A stretch of 64,000 nt of DNA from Candidatus Dormiibacterota bacterium (GCA_003162415.1 PMOL01000017.1:34532-98531), one strand, 5' to 3'; numbered from the stretch's first letter, positions 27,292 to 35,489 are shown. A program made the numbers and translations. The notes: generated by a model from the sequence alone, not told the origin.

Positions 27292-28581
27292 ATGAACACG
27301 GTCGAGAAGTACCGCCGCTACGTGACCACCAGCGCGCTCGCCGCGGTCGAACCGATCACCGTCGAGAGCGCTCGCGGAGCGACCGTGACCGCCACCGACG
27401 GCACCGTGTACACCGACCTCTATTCCGGCATCGGTGTCGTGAACGCCGGGCACGTGCCTCCAAAGGTTGCGGAAGCCGCCAAGCGGCAGATGGACAAGGT
27501 GGTGCACTCCTGCTCGTATGTCTACCACGTCCCCGTCGTGGCCGACCTTGCCGAGCGCCTCGCTCAGGTGACCCCCGGCCGACTGCAGAAGACGTTCTTC
27601 GGCAACAGTGGCGCCGAGGCCGTTGAAGGAGCGCTTCGCCTCGCCCGCGTGTACACCGGGCGCCGTGAGGTCATCGCCCTGCAGGGCTCCTTCCACGGCC
27701 GCACCGCGGGTGCGCTCGCGGTCACCGGCAACGCGCTGCGCAAGCATCGCGGCGGTGCCCAGATCGCCGGGATCGCGTTTGCTCCCACGCCGAATCCGTA
27801 TCGCTGCCGCATGTGCTCGGGCTCGTGCTCGCTGGCATGCGCGGATGCCGTCGATGACGTCATTCGCTACGACACCAGTGACGACGTTGCCGCGTTCATC
27901 GTCGAGCCGATCATCGGTGAGGGCGGCATCATCCCGCTCCCCGACGGCTACCTCCAACGGGTCAAGGAGATCCTCGACGCCCGCGGGATCCTGCTCATCG
28001 TCGACGAGGTGCAGAGCGGGTTCGGGCGCAGTGGCAGGATGTTCGCGATCGAGGCGTATGACATCGAGGCGGACATCATGACCATGGCCAAGGGGATCGC
28101 GAGCGGATTCCCACTCGGCGCGTTCATCGCGCGCGAAGAGATCGCCGATGCGTTCGAACCCGGCGATCACATGAGTACGTTCGGTGGCAACCCGGTGTCC
28201 TGCGCGGCGGGCGTCGCGACCATCGACATGCTCGTCGAGGAGCACCTGCCCGAGCGCGCCGCCCGCGTCGGGGCGCTGACGCGGGCACGTCTCGATGCGT
28301 TTGCGGTGGAGTCGGAGCTGGTCGGCGACATTCGGGGAAGCGGGCTGATGATCGGCGTCGAGCTGGTGCGGGATCGTGTGACCAAGGAACCAGCCACCGC
28401 CGAGGCGGCCGCCGTCAAGCGGCATTGCCGTGAGCGCGGGGTGCTCATCGGCGTCGGTGGGTCACTCGGCAACGTGGTGCGCATCCAACCGCCGCTCGTG
28501 ATCGGCGAGGAAGACCTCGACCGGGCGATCGGGGTGATCGAGGAGGCGGTCACGAGCCTGTCGGCACAACCGGTCGGGTAG
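27292..28581 (+). CDS. class-III PLP aminotransferase (GABA/ornithine aminotransferase-like)
   Basis: GNSGAEAVEGALRLAR, DEVQSGFGRSG and MTMAKGI (PLP Lys) motifs. Confidence 0.9.
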   Translation: MNTVEKYRRYVTTSALAAVEPITVESARGATVTATDGTVYTDLYSGIGVVNAGHVPPKVAEAAKRQMDKVVHSCSYVYHVPVVADLAERLAQVTPGRLQKTFFGNSGAEAVEGALRLARVYTGRREVIALQGSFHGRTAGALAVTGNALRKHRGGAQIAGIAFAPTPNPYRCRMCSGSCSLACADAVDDVIRYDTSDDVAAFIVEPIIGEGGIIPLPDGYLQRVKEILDARGILLIVDEVQSGFGRSGRMFAIEAYDIEADIMTMAKGIASGFPLGAFIAREEIADAFEPGDHMSTFGGNPVSCAAGVATIDMLVEEHLPERAARVGALTRARLDAFAVESELVGDIRGSGLMIGVELVRDRVTKEPATAEAAAVKRHCRERGVLIGVGGSLGNVVRIQPPLVIGEEDLDRAIGVIEEAVTSLSAQPVG

Positions 28582-28646
28582 CCCTTAGGCCACCACGATG
28601 ACCGGGGTGCCGAGCGGTGCCCACGAGTAGGTGCGAAGCTAGGGCC

Positions 28647-29063
28647 GTGGACTGGAAGCTGGAACTCGTGGTCGTCCCGGTGTCCGACGTCGACCGCGCG
28701 AAGACCTTCTATATCGAGAGTGCCGGCTTCCGGCTCGACGTCGACCACAGCGCCGGGGAGGATTTCCGGGTTGTCCAGCTCACCCCTCCGGGGTCGGCCT
28801 GCTCGATCGCACTAATGCGGAACCCCGAAGCCGCCGGCTCTGCGCAGGGGCTACAGCTGGTCGTGACTGACGTCAGCGCGGCACGAGACGAGCTTTCGCA
28901 GCGCGGTCTCGACGCGGGGGAGCCCTTCCACTTCGATTTCGAGACTGGAGCACAAGTGTCGGGCCTCGATCCGGACCGGCGTCCCTACAACTCGTTCCTC
29001 GCTTTCACCGACCCGGATGGCAATCGGTGGATGGTGCAGGAGGCTGGACCGCCGGCGTCGTGA
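28647..29063 (+). CDS. glyoxalase/bleomycin-resistance (VOC) family protein
   Basis: VVVPVSDVDRAKTFY beta-alpha-beta-beta-beta start. The start is the GTG at 28647 or 28617. Confidence 0.7.
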   Translation: MDWKLELVVVPVSDVDRAKTFYIESAGFRLDVDHSAGEDFRVVQLTPPGSACSIALMRNPEAAGSAQGLQLVVTDVSAARDELSQRGLDAGEPFHFDFETGAQVSGLDPDRRPYNSFLAFTDPDGNRWMVQEAGPPAS

Positions 29064-29888
29064 TCAGGAAGGGCGCTGACCGAAAGTGGCTTCGACGCCG
29101 CGCACGTCGCCATCCTCGTCGGTGAGGACGGTCAGCTCCAGATAGCCGAGGCGGACGAGCTCGTCCGTCAGGAGATCGGCCTGGTCGCCGCCGAGCTCGA
29201 GGAGCAGCGCGCCTCCGGGCCGGAGGAAGCGCGGACTGTCGCGGACGACACGCCGGAGGGTGTCGGTGCCATCGGCACCCCCGTCGTACGAGAGCGGGCT
29301 CTCGAACGCGAACGTGTCCCGCTGCAGCAGCGGCAACTCGGGCGTCGGGACGTAGGGAACCACGCTGACCACCACGTCGACCTGACCCGCAAGGTCACCG
29401 GGCAACGTTGTGAAGAGGTCGCCCAGGTACACCTCGACACCGTTTGCGGCAGCGCACGCAACCGCTCGCGCGTCGATGTCGGATGCCACGACGCGTGCGT
29501 CGGGATGATGGGCGCGGAGGACCGCGGCGATCGCACCGGATCCGGTGCACAGGTCGATCGCCGTTCCTCCGGCCGGCAGCCGCTCGACCGCTCTTCGCGC
29601 CAGCGGCTCGCTGAGCCATCGAGGCACGTACACGTCCGGATCGACGTGCACGACGACATCACAAAAGGAGACCGTCCCGGTGATCCAGGCAAGGGGTTCG
29701 CCGGTGAGGCGCCGTCGAACCGAAGCGTCGAGCAGCGTGGGGTCGCCCGCAGCATATGCGAGCAGCTCCTCCGCCTCCTCGGCCGCCGCGATGAATCCTT
29801 CGTGTGCGAGCATCGTGGTGAGCGATGCGGAATCGTTCAGGGGAGCTTGAAGTGGGGGTTCTCGATGATCCTGAGAGCGTTGCAACAA
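29064..29888 (-). CDS. PrmC-related SAM-dependent methyltransferase (N5-glutamine MTase-like, substrate unknown)
   Basis: SAM motif DLCTGSGAIA and VVSVVPYVP in place of NPPY. TTG start at 29888, with an alternative ATG at 29813. Confidence 0.8.
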   Translation of the reverse strand: MLQRSQDHREPPLQAPLNDSASLTTMLAHEGFIAAAEEAEELLAYAAGDPTLLDASVRRRLTGEPLAWITGTVSFCDVVVHVDPDVYVPRWLSEPLARRAVERLPAGGTAIDLCTGSGAIAAVLRAHHPDARVVASDIDARAVACAAANGVEVYLGDLFTTLPGDLAGQVDVVVSVVPYVPTPELPLLQRDTFAFESPLSYDGGADGTDTLRRVVRDSPRFLRPGGALLLELGGDQADLLTDELVRLGYLELTVLTDEDGDVRGVEATFGQRPS

Positions 29889-29931
29889 GATGGCTTCTCG
29901 CCTCCCTGTTGCGGAGCAATCGACACGAGGA

Positions 29932-30042
29932 TCAGCAACATGCGTCGGGCGGACTCGCGATCGCGATGATGCCGCCGATGACCAGGAACGCGAGCACCAG
30001 GATGAGCAGAGCAGCGATCACCAGCTTCGTCCTCGTGTCCAT
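29932..30042 (-). CDS. candidate 36-aa single-TM peptide MDTRTKLVIAALLILVLAFLVIGGIIAIASPPDACC
   Basis: Hand translation of the minus strand. It falls below the ORF-track length cutoff. 31 of 36 codons end in G or C. No clear SD. Lies just upstream of, and co-oriented with, the methyltransferase. Confidence 0.3.
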   Translation of the reverse strand: MDTRTKLVIAALLILVLAFLVIGGIIAIASPPDACC

Positions 30043-30749
30043 GGGCGGACGAATGATGCACAAAGTCGTGAGGCAGCGGTTTTGCGATGTGACGCGGCGG
30101 TGCGATGTGGATCAAGCACCGCGGGGTCCATTAGCCCGACGGACCCACCTCACGGGCCGCAGGGCCCGGAGCGCGAGATGCGAGCATACCGCTCGAAGTC
30201 GGCCTTTGTGGGGTGCGACGCGTGGCCATGCCGGCTCGACCCAGATGGCTCCGGCACTCGAGGCATTTGAAGAGGGACCGTCCAGGACGGTGGGGCCAAC
30301 CGCCCGACGGCGATCATCGCGACGAGACGGGGTGGGCTCGTGCCGACCGTGCTCTCAGGCGCCAGATGGTGGGTCGTCCGCAAGGGTACACTCCGATGCC
30401 CATGCCGGTGAATCGAGGGCCGAGTTTCGCGCGCTACTACTCTGCGATCGCGAGGGCGGCCGCGCTCGAGGCAGCCGCGGCCGAGGCCAGGAAGAAGCCC
30501 GATCAGGGCGGTGAGCTTCCCCAGGCGAAGGCGTGGCGCCCGCCTCCAGATCTTGGCCCTGAGCATCGCCAAGGCGTCGCCTGAGGAGTCGGCGCCCCCT
30601 GGCTGTTGACTTGCAATCCCTCTCGCATTCCGGACTCGACGTAGGGGGTTGGGCGAGGACCTGCTGACTTCAGGGAACGGTACGGCTCATCGAGTAGCCA
30701 GTTGCGGTGCATGTCAGGCTAAACGGCTTCGAGTTGCGTCTTTATTAGT

Positions 30750-31271
30750 GTGATCTCGTCAGCAGCCGGTGTGGAATTGAGCGACCCGGCCCGGGAGCAG
30801 GCGTTTGACGAGATCGCAGGCCTCGAGAGTCAGCGGCTTTTCGCAGTAGCTCTGTCTATCCTCCGTGACGAAGGCGAAACCGAGGATGCCGTGCAGGAGA
30901 CGTTGGTCAGGGCGTGGAGGTCTCAGGGTTCGCTCTTTCGCGCAGATAGCCCCAGTCGCTGGCTCACCCGCGTGTGCGTCAACCAGTGCATCAGTAGACG
31001 TCGCTATCTGCGTTCGCGTGGCTGGCCCCCGCTTCATCTGTCCGAGCGCCCGGGATCATCGCGTGACCCTGGCTCTAGTGCCGATGTGATTGACATGGAC
31101 CGTGCCTACCGCCAGCTATCGCTCAAACAGCGAGCGGCGATCACGCTCACCTACGGGCACGGCTTCTCCGTTGAAGAATGCGCGGCCCTGATGAGCTGCC
31201 GCCCCGGAACAGTCCGCACCCATGTGGCACGCGGACTTGCCACGTTGCGAAAGGAGCTGAAGGATGCCTGA
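30750..31271 (+). CDS. ECF-type RNA polymerase sigma factor
   Basis: Region 2 (LFAVALSILRDEGETEDAVQETLVRAW) and region 4 (FSVEECAALMSCRPGTVRTHVARGL). GTG start after an AT-richer spacer. Confidence 0.8.
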   Translation: MISSAAGVELSDPAREQAFDEIAGLESQRLFAVALSILRDEGETEDAVQETLVRAWRSQGSLFRADSPSRWLTRVCVNQCISRRRYLRSRGWPPLHLSERPGSSRDPGSSADVIDMDRAYRQLSLKQRAAITLTYGHGFSVEECAALMSCRPGTVRTHVARGLATLRKELKDA

Positions 31272-32343
31272 GGTTGATTCGGGCCTCGAGACCAGCTTGC
31301 GGTCTTTCCTCAACGAAATCAAAGCGCAGCCGCTGCCGCGACCGCTGGCTGATTTCGAGGCGGCGAGCATGCGTCCGAGACGAAAGGCGCTCAACCTGTT
31401 TGCAGGCGCGGCAGGTGTGGCCGTCATTGCCGCGAGCGTCGCGGTGTTCGCAATCGAGCTGAATGGCCATCACAACACTGGTTCGCCGATTCCAGGCGGC
31501 CAGTCCGCGGCAACACCTACTCCCGAACCGACGCCTCCGTTCCTCCCGTCTCCGGGCCCCGGTCAAGTGCCCCCCCGCTTCAGTCCGCCGGCGGGACAGG
31601 TCTTCGCTCAACTGCCCCACGGGCCGTGGCTGATCCCGAAAACCTACGGAACGGGGACGGAAACCCTTCCAACGTTCACGTTGCCTCCAAACGAGGGAAT
31701 CGGCATCGAGTACGGGTGTACCCCAATCGACTCCAAGACTCTCGATTCCATCTCGTTTTCAGGAAACGGTGTCCCTAAGGTTCTGGGATCAGATTTTCAC
31801 TTCTGGCTGAGTCAGTTCTCAATTGGGAACCGCTGCAGCGGGGGAATCGAGACGGCGGGTGGCACGGGCGGCCCAGTTACCGTGCGCTTCACCGCCGATC
31901 CATCGGTCAGGTGGGTGATTCTTGTATATGAAGTTCCCTCCAAGGCGCAGGTCATACCCACGCCCGCTGCGGCGAGCACCGCGACGAGTTACCCCGGCCC
32001 CACACCGCCGTTCCTGGGAGGGCCCGCGCCGGCCGGCGATAAGGTGCTGATCCCGGTGACTTACGGCACGGGTCCCGTGACGCTTCCCAGCTTCACCGAG
32101 ACCCCGAACGAGAGCGTCCAGATTGAGCTCGGCTGTCTCTCAACGAGCCCCTCCGTCAACTCCGTGACGGTGAACGATTACGACCCGGCCTTCGCTGGCG
32201 ACACCGTTGCGGGGCAATGCTTCGGCGGGAGCGGCGGTGGTATTGGAAGCGGCAGCACTGGATTTAGCGGGACGGTCACGATGAAGGTGCAGGCGGCGCC
32301 CACCGAGAAGTGGGTGATTCTTGTATGGGAGGGAGGGCCTTGA
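31264..32343 (+). CDS. single-pass membrane protein, candidate anti-sigma factor with duplicated ectodomain
   Basis: 8-nt overlap with the sigma gene. Short cytoplasmic head, a TM segment (LFAGAAGVAVIAASVAVFAI), a PT linker, then two homologous modules of about 110 aa. Confidence 0.65.
   Translation: MPEVDSGLETSLRSFLNEIKAQPLPRPLADFEAASMRPRRKALNLFAGAAGVAVIAASVAVFAIELNGHHNTGSPIPGGQSAATPTPEPTPPFLPSPGPGQVPPRFSPPAGQVFAQLPHGPWLIPKTYGTGTETLPTFTLPPNEGIGIEYGCTPIDSKTLDSISFSGNGVPKVLGSDFHFWLSQFSIGNRCSGGIETAGGTGGPVTVRFTADPSVRWVILVYEVPSKAQVIPTPAAASTATSYPGPTPPFLGGPAPAGDKVLIPVTYGTGPVTLPSFTETPNESVQIELGCLSTSPSVNSVTVNDYDPAFAGDTVAGQCFGGSGGGIGSGSTGFSGTVTMKVQAAPTEKWVILVWEGGP
31519..32334 (+). repeat. intragenic tandem duplication (two about 330-420 nt modules) within the anti-sigma candidate
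   Basis: PTPPFL..LIPKTYGTGTETLPTFTLPPNEGIGIEYGC..NRCSGG..VTVRFTADPSVRWVILVYE versus PTPPFL..LIPVTYGTGPVTLPSFTETPNESVQIELGC..GQCFGG..VTMKVQAAPTEKWVILVWE. Confidence 0.7.
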
Positions 32344-32432
32344 GCGTCACGGAGCGATAAACAGGCATCGGATCGATATGTATCTCGGGCGGGGCCGCGT
32401 AACCGACCGCCGGCACCATCCGTACAACGGTA

Positions 32433-32461
32433 AGAGCCCCCGGCGCGGCGCCAGGGGCTCT
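32433..32461 (+). terminator. GC-rich stem-loop, possible terminator of the sigma/anti-sigma operon
   Basis: AGAGCCCC/GGGGCTCT 8-bp stem plus an inner 4-bp GGCG/CGCC stem. About 90 nt after the stop at 32343. No clear U-tract. Confidence 0.25.
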
Positions 32462-32654
32462 CTTCAGGAAGGGAATGAGTTTCGTTTTGGGTGATCTCGC
32501 AGTATGCCCGCTGGTGGGTTGAGTCCGTCCCTGCCGGGCCCGCGAATCCGGCGTCTATCGCCATCAATCGTCTGTTTGGGTGTCAACTTTGCGTGTCACA
32601 TCGAGGAGATAGTCACCCTTTTCGAGTAGCCGCGATCCATGAGAGAATCCGGGC

Positions 32655-32855
32655 GTGCCCTGGCTAGCCAGTCGCCCGCGGTGGCTTCTCGCAGCCGCGT
32701 TCGTGCTCTTGCTTCTCGGTGTGGTGCTCGGCTGGGCGCGATCCATTTGGATCCTCAGCGGCACGGCGGTGGTGATGGTGTTTCTTCTCTTCTTCGCGAC
32801 CCTTATGGCCTTCGTAGGCCGCCACGAGAGCCCTCGACCTCCCGGCCCGAACTGA
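32655..32855 (+). CDS. candidate 66-aa two-TM membrane protein
   Basis: WLLAAAFVLLLLGVVLGW and GTAVVMVFLLFFATLMAFV segments. GTG start after GAGAGAA. Located in a lower-GC spacer next to tRNA-Leu. Confidence 0.35.
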   Translation: MPWLASRPRWLLAAAFVLLLLGVVLGWARSIWILSGTAVVMVFLLFFATLMAFVGRHESPRPPGPN

Positions 32856-32904
32856 CCCACCACCTGGCGTTGGCGAAAAACCCGGTGTACCAAGGGTTTC
32901 CGAG

Positions 32905-32989
32905 TACCGGGCCCGGGAATTGAACCCGGACGAGGGTTGCCCCCCAGCGGTTTTTAAGACCGCCGCGTCTTCCATTTCGCCAGCCCGGC
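32905..32989 (-). tRNA. tRNA-Leu (anticodon UAA), class II with long variable arm
   Basis: Hand-folded. Acceptor GCCGGGC/GCCCGGT (G1-U72), 3-bp D stem with GG loop, anticodon stem GCGGT/ACCGC with loop CTTAAAA, T arm CCGGG-TTCAATT-CCCGG. CCA is not encoded. Confidence 0.88.
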
Positions 32990-33078
32990 ACCAGGATTCT
33001 ATGGGTCGGCGCGGCCTCCGGCCGTGGACGTCGCTGTCCGGGCCGCGGACTCAGGACGGCCGTATACTCCTGGAGCAG

Positions 33079-33627
33079 ATGTTCGGTCGCCGCCCCGATG
33101 CCACCTACCGACGGAGCCAGAGCGCCAGCGGGCTACCGGTGCAACCGAGCCCGATAGCACGTGGACTCGCCTTGCGGATCATCGACTCGTCGGATGATCC
33201 CCAGGAGCGCAAACGGTTCGGACAGCTCCTCCTCGATGAGCTCGACGCTCTTGCGGGTCTCCCCCATTGCGATCTTGTGGTGGCCGATCGCGCCCAGGTG
33301 CACTCGCACAATGGACAACGACTGCAAAGCAAGACCTACGGCTACTACCGCTGCACGTTTGCCGAGGGCGCCGTGAAGACGGCCCGCATCCGCATCTATC
33401 ACAAGACAGCGGTGCGCCAGCAGGTGATCACCACGAAGGTCTTCCTGAACACGCTGCTCCACGAATGGGAGCACCACCATGATTTCGCCGGCCTCCGTCT
33501 CCCCCGCTCGCCGCACACCGCGGGGTTCTACGCACGCCTGCGTGCTCTTGCGAGCGCCCTCGAGGTCGGCTTCGTGATGCCACCCGAGCCAGGCGCCGAT
33601 GGCGCCGCACAGACGTCGGCCGCCTGA
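33079..33627 (+). CDS. hypothetical protein with HExxH metallopeptidase-like motif (SprT-like)
   Basis: LLHEWEHHHDF motif near the C-terminus. The ATG at 33079 follows GGAG, with an alternative ATG at 33001. Confidence 0.5.
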   Translation: MFGRRPDATYRRSQSASGLPVQPSPIARGLALRIIDSSDDPQERKRFGQLLLDELDALAGLPHCDLVVADRAQVHSHNGQRLQSKTYGYYRCTFAEGAVKTARIRIYHKTAVRQQVITTKVFLNTLLHEWEHHHDFAGLRLPRSPHTAGFYARLRALASALEVGFVMPPEPGADGAAQTSAA

Positions 33628-33679
33628 CGGCAGACGACAGCGCCTCGGCTACCTAGTCCTGGTGCGCCGCCTCGCCAGC

Positions 33680-33853
33680 ATCGTCGATAACGGCCGCTCC
33701 ACCGTTGTCCATTGCGATGACCTCGCGCGCAGCCCCGGTGCGCCGCTCGTCGGTGACCGCCACCCTGCAAAGACGTACAACCTCACCCGCCCGGAAGCAC
33801 TCACACTCGCCGAGGCAGCCGAGGTGATGTGCGGTCAGTACGACAACCCCTGA
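33680..33853 (+). pseudogene. remnant of an NmrA/atypical-SDR family gene (internal fragment only)
   Basis: The HCDDLARSPGAPLVGDRHPAKTYNLTRPEALTLAEAAEVM block resembles the region after the Rossmann fold in NmrA-like proteins. There is no Rossmann N-terminus, and the C-terminus is cut by a stop. Confidence 0.35.
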
Positions 33854-33999
33854 CTGACATGCGCGAAGAGGCGGCCGGCCTCGTGTCCGACGACCTGCAC
33901 CACGAGAATGACCAGCGCAATCGTCACGAAGGCGACCCCATAGGTTGCAACCGTGCGTGAGCGCCGCTGACGGCGGACATCGGTCGACAGCGTCGACAT
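33835..33999 (-). CDS. candidate 54-aa single-TM protein
   Basis: Hand translation gives MSTLSTDVRRQRRSRTVATYGVAFVTIALVILVVQVVGHEAGRLFAHVSQGLSY. A GGGGG run lies about 6 nt upstream. High GC3. Below the track cutoff. Confidence 0.3.
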   Translation of the reverse strand: MSTLSTDVRRQRRSRTVATYGVAFVTIALVILVVQVVGHEAGRLFAHVSQGLSY

Positions 34000-34161
34000 A
34001 TCGAACCCCCTGCTCTAACCAAATCCCTTCCGGCGCCCCCGCGCCACGTGTTGACAGTATTGCCGATCGCGCCAAAAGGTGCAAGCGGAACATTCCCGAG
34101 CATGCCACCCGAGGGTGCCCGCGTGCGTCCTTCGGCGACAATGTCGCATTCCGGGTTACGA

Positions 34162-34235
34162 GGCGACGTAGCCAAGTGGTAAGGCACGGGTCTGCAAAAC
34201 CCTGACCGTGGGTTCGATTCCCACCGTCGCCTCCA
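34162..34235 (+). tRNA. tRNA-Cys (anticodon GCA), CCA encoded
   Basis: Acceptor GGCGACG/CGTCGCC, anticodon loop CTGCAAA, T arm GTGGG-TTCGATT-CCCAC, 3' TCCA. Confidence 0.92.
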
Positions 34236-34256
34236 AATGCCGGGTATTCTCTCGGC

Positions 34257-35489
34257 GTGTCTGTGACCGACGCCGTCCGCACACGCGCACACGCCGACCT
34301 GGCAGAGCGGGCGCGTCGAGTACTCCCCGGCGGCGCGACGCACGCTGCGCGTACCTACGATCCCCGTATCTACGTGGCCCGGTCGAGCGGATCACGGAAA
34401 TGGCTGATCGACGGCACCGAGCTGATCGACTACACAATGGGTCACGGCGCCCTGCTCCTCGGGCACGCGCATCCTGCGGTGGTTGCGGCGGTGCAGGACC
34501 AGGTGTCGCGCGGCACGCACTATGGCGCCGCGCACCCGCTCGAGGTCGAGTGGGCGGAGCAGATCGTTTCGCTGGTCCCCTCCGCTGAGAAGGTTCGATT
34601 CACCGCATCAGGGACCGAGGCGGTGATGCTCGCGTTGCGGGTGGCCAGGGCGGCGACGGGCCGGGATCGCATCGTAAAGCTCGCCGAGCACTTTCACGGC
34701 TGGTCGGACGCCGTGACCCCGTACCTCGATGCCGAGGGCAACACCCGAACGCCGGTCGGCGTGCCCCACGCGCTCGGGCTTCTCACCACGGTTGTCCGCA
34801 GCGACGATCCCGCCGACCTCGAGGCGGAGCTTTCCCATGGAGACGTGGCGGCCGTGATCATGGAGCCGTCCGGCGCGCACTACGGCCAGCTGCCGCTCGG
34901 CAGGTCATTCATTTCCGCGGCCCGATCGGCATGCACCGCGACCGGCACGGTGCTCGTCTTCGACGAGGTGGTCACCGGCTTCCGCGTCTCCCCCGGCGGC
35001 ATGCAGGCGGTGCTGGAGATAACACCTGACATCAGCGTCCTCGGCAAGGTCATGGCCGGGGGGCTGCCGTCGGGCGCGGTTGCCGGGCGGTCCGACTTGC
35101 TCGAACTGCTCGCGACGACGATAGCCCACCCGGGAACGTTCAACGCCAACCCGCTCAGTGCGGCCGCGGGAATCGCGACCCTGCGTCTGATCGCCGACGG
35201 CAGCCCTCAGCGGACTGCAGAGGCGTACGCCATGAGCCTGGCCGGCGAATGGACCACCGCGCTGGCGTTGGCCGGGATCCCGGGAACCATCCGGCGCCTG
35301 TCGAGCATCCTCCACATCTTCCTGGGCGACCCCAGGGCCCAGACGCGGATCGCGAACGCGATGCGCGCTGAGGGAGTCGACATCCTTAATACGAGCGCGT
35401 TCTGCTCGTCGGTGCACACGATCGCTGATCTCGAACAGTCGGTTGCGGCCTTCGGTCGAGCGATTGTCGCGGCGTCGACCCCCGAGTAG
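34257..35489 (+). CDS. class-III PLP aminotransferase (GSA-aminomutase-like paralogue)
   Basis: LAERARRVLPGG, FDEVVTGFRVSPGG and GKVMAGGLPSGAVAG motifs. The GTG start lies only 21 nt after the tRNA-Cys 3' end. Confidence 0.85.
   Translation: MSVTDAVRTRAHADLAERARRVLPGGATHAARTYDPRIYVARSSGSRKWLIDGTELIDYTMGHGALLLGHAHPAVVAAVQDQVSRGTHYGAAHPLEVEWAEQIVSLVPSAEKVRFTASGTEAVMLALRVARAATGRDRIVKLAEHFHGWSDAVTPYLDAEGNTRTPVGVPHALGLLTTVVRSDDPADLEAELSHGDVAAVIMEPSGAHYGQLPLGRSFISAARSACTATGTVLVFDEVVTGFRVSPGGMQAVLEITPDISVLGKVMAGGLPSGAVAGRSDLLELLATTIAHPGTFNANPLSAAAGIATLRLIADGSPQRTAEAYAMSLAGEWTTALALAGIPGTIRRLSSILHIFLGDPRAQTRIANAMRAEGVDILNTSAFCSSVHTIADLEQSVAAFGRAIVAASTPE

Noticed and set aside
26422-28425. 667-aa minus-strand ORF
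   Set aside because: Antisense to the regulator and the class-III aminotransferase, both of which have clear family motifs. Its composition is dominated by Arg/Gly/Asp/His.
30150-30584. Overlapping ORFs 30150-30572 (-) and 30213-30584 (+)
   Set aside because: Both show GC3 bias, as expected for mutually antisense frames. Neither has motifs, TM segments or an SD sequence, so I could not decide between them and did not call a feature.
30674-30696. GGAAC (30674-30678) as an ECF -35 upstream of the second sigma gene
   Set aside because: No convincing -10 element (CGT/GTT-type) at a 16-18-nt spacing. A single pentamer is expected by chance.
32344-34256. Integrated mobile element bounded by att repeats at the tRNA genes
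   Set aside because: No integrase, excisionase or transposase is present, and I found no direct repeat of either tRNA 3' half by eye. The GGAATTGA / CCCGGCCCGGGA similarity at 30773-30796 is in a different order and lies inside a sigma-factor gene.
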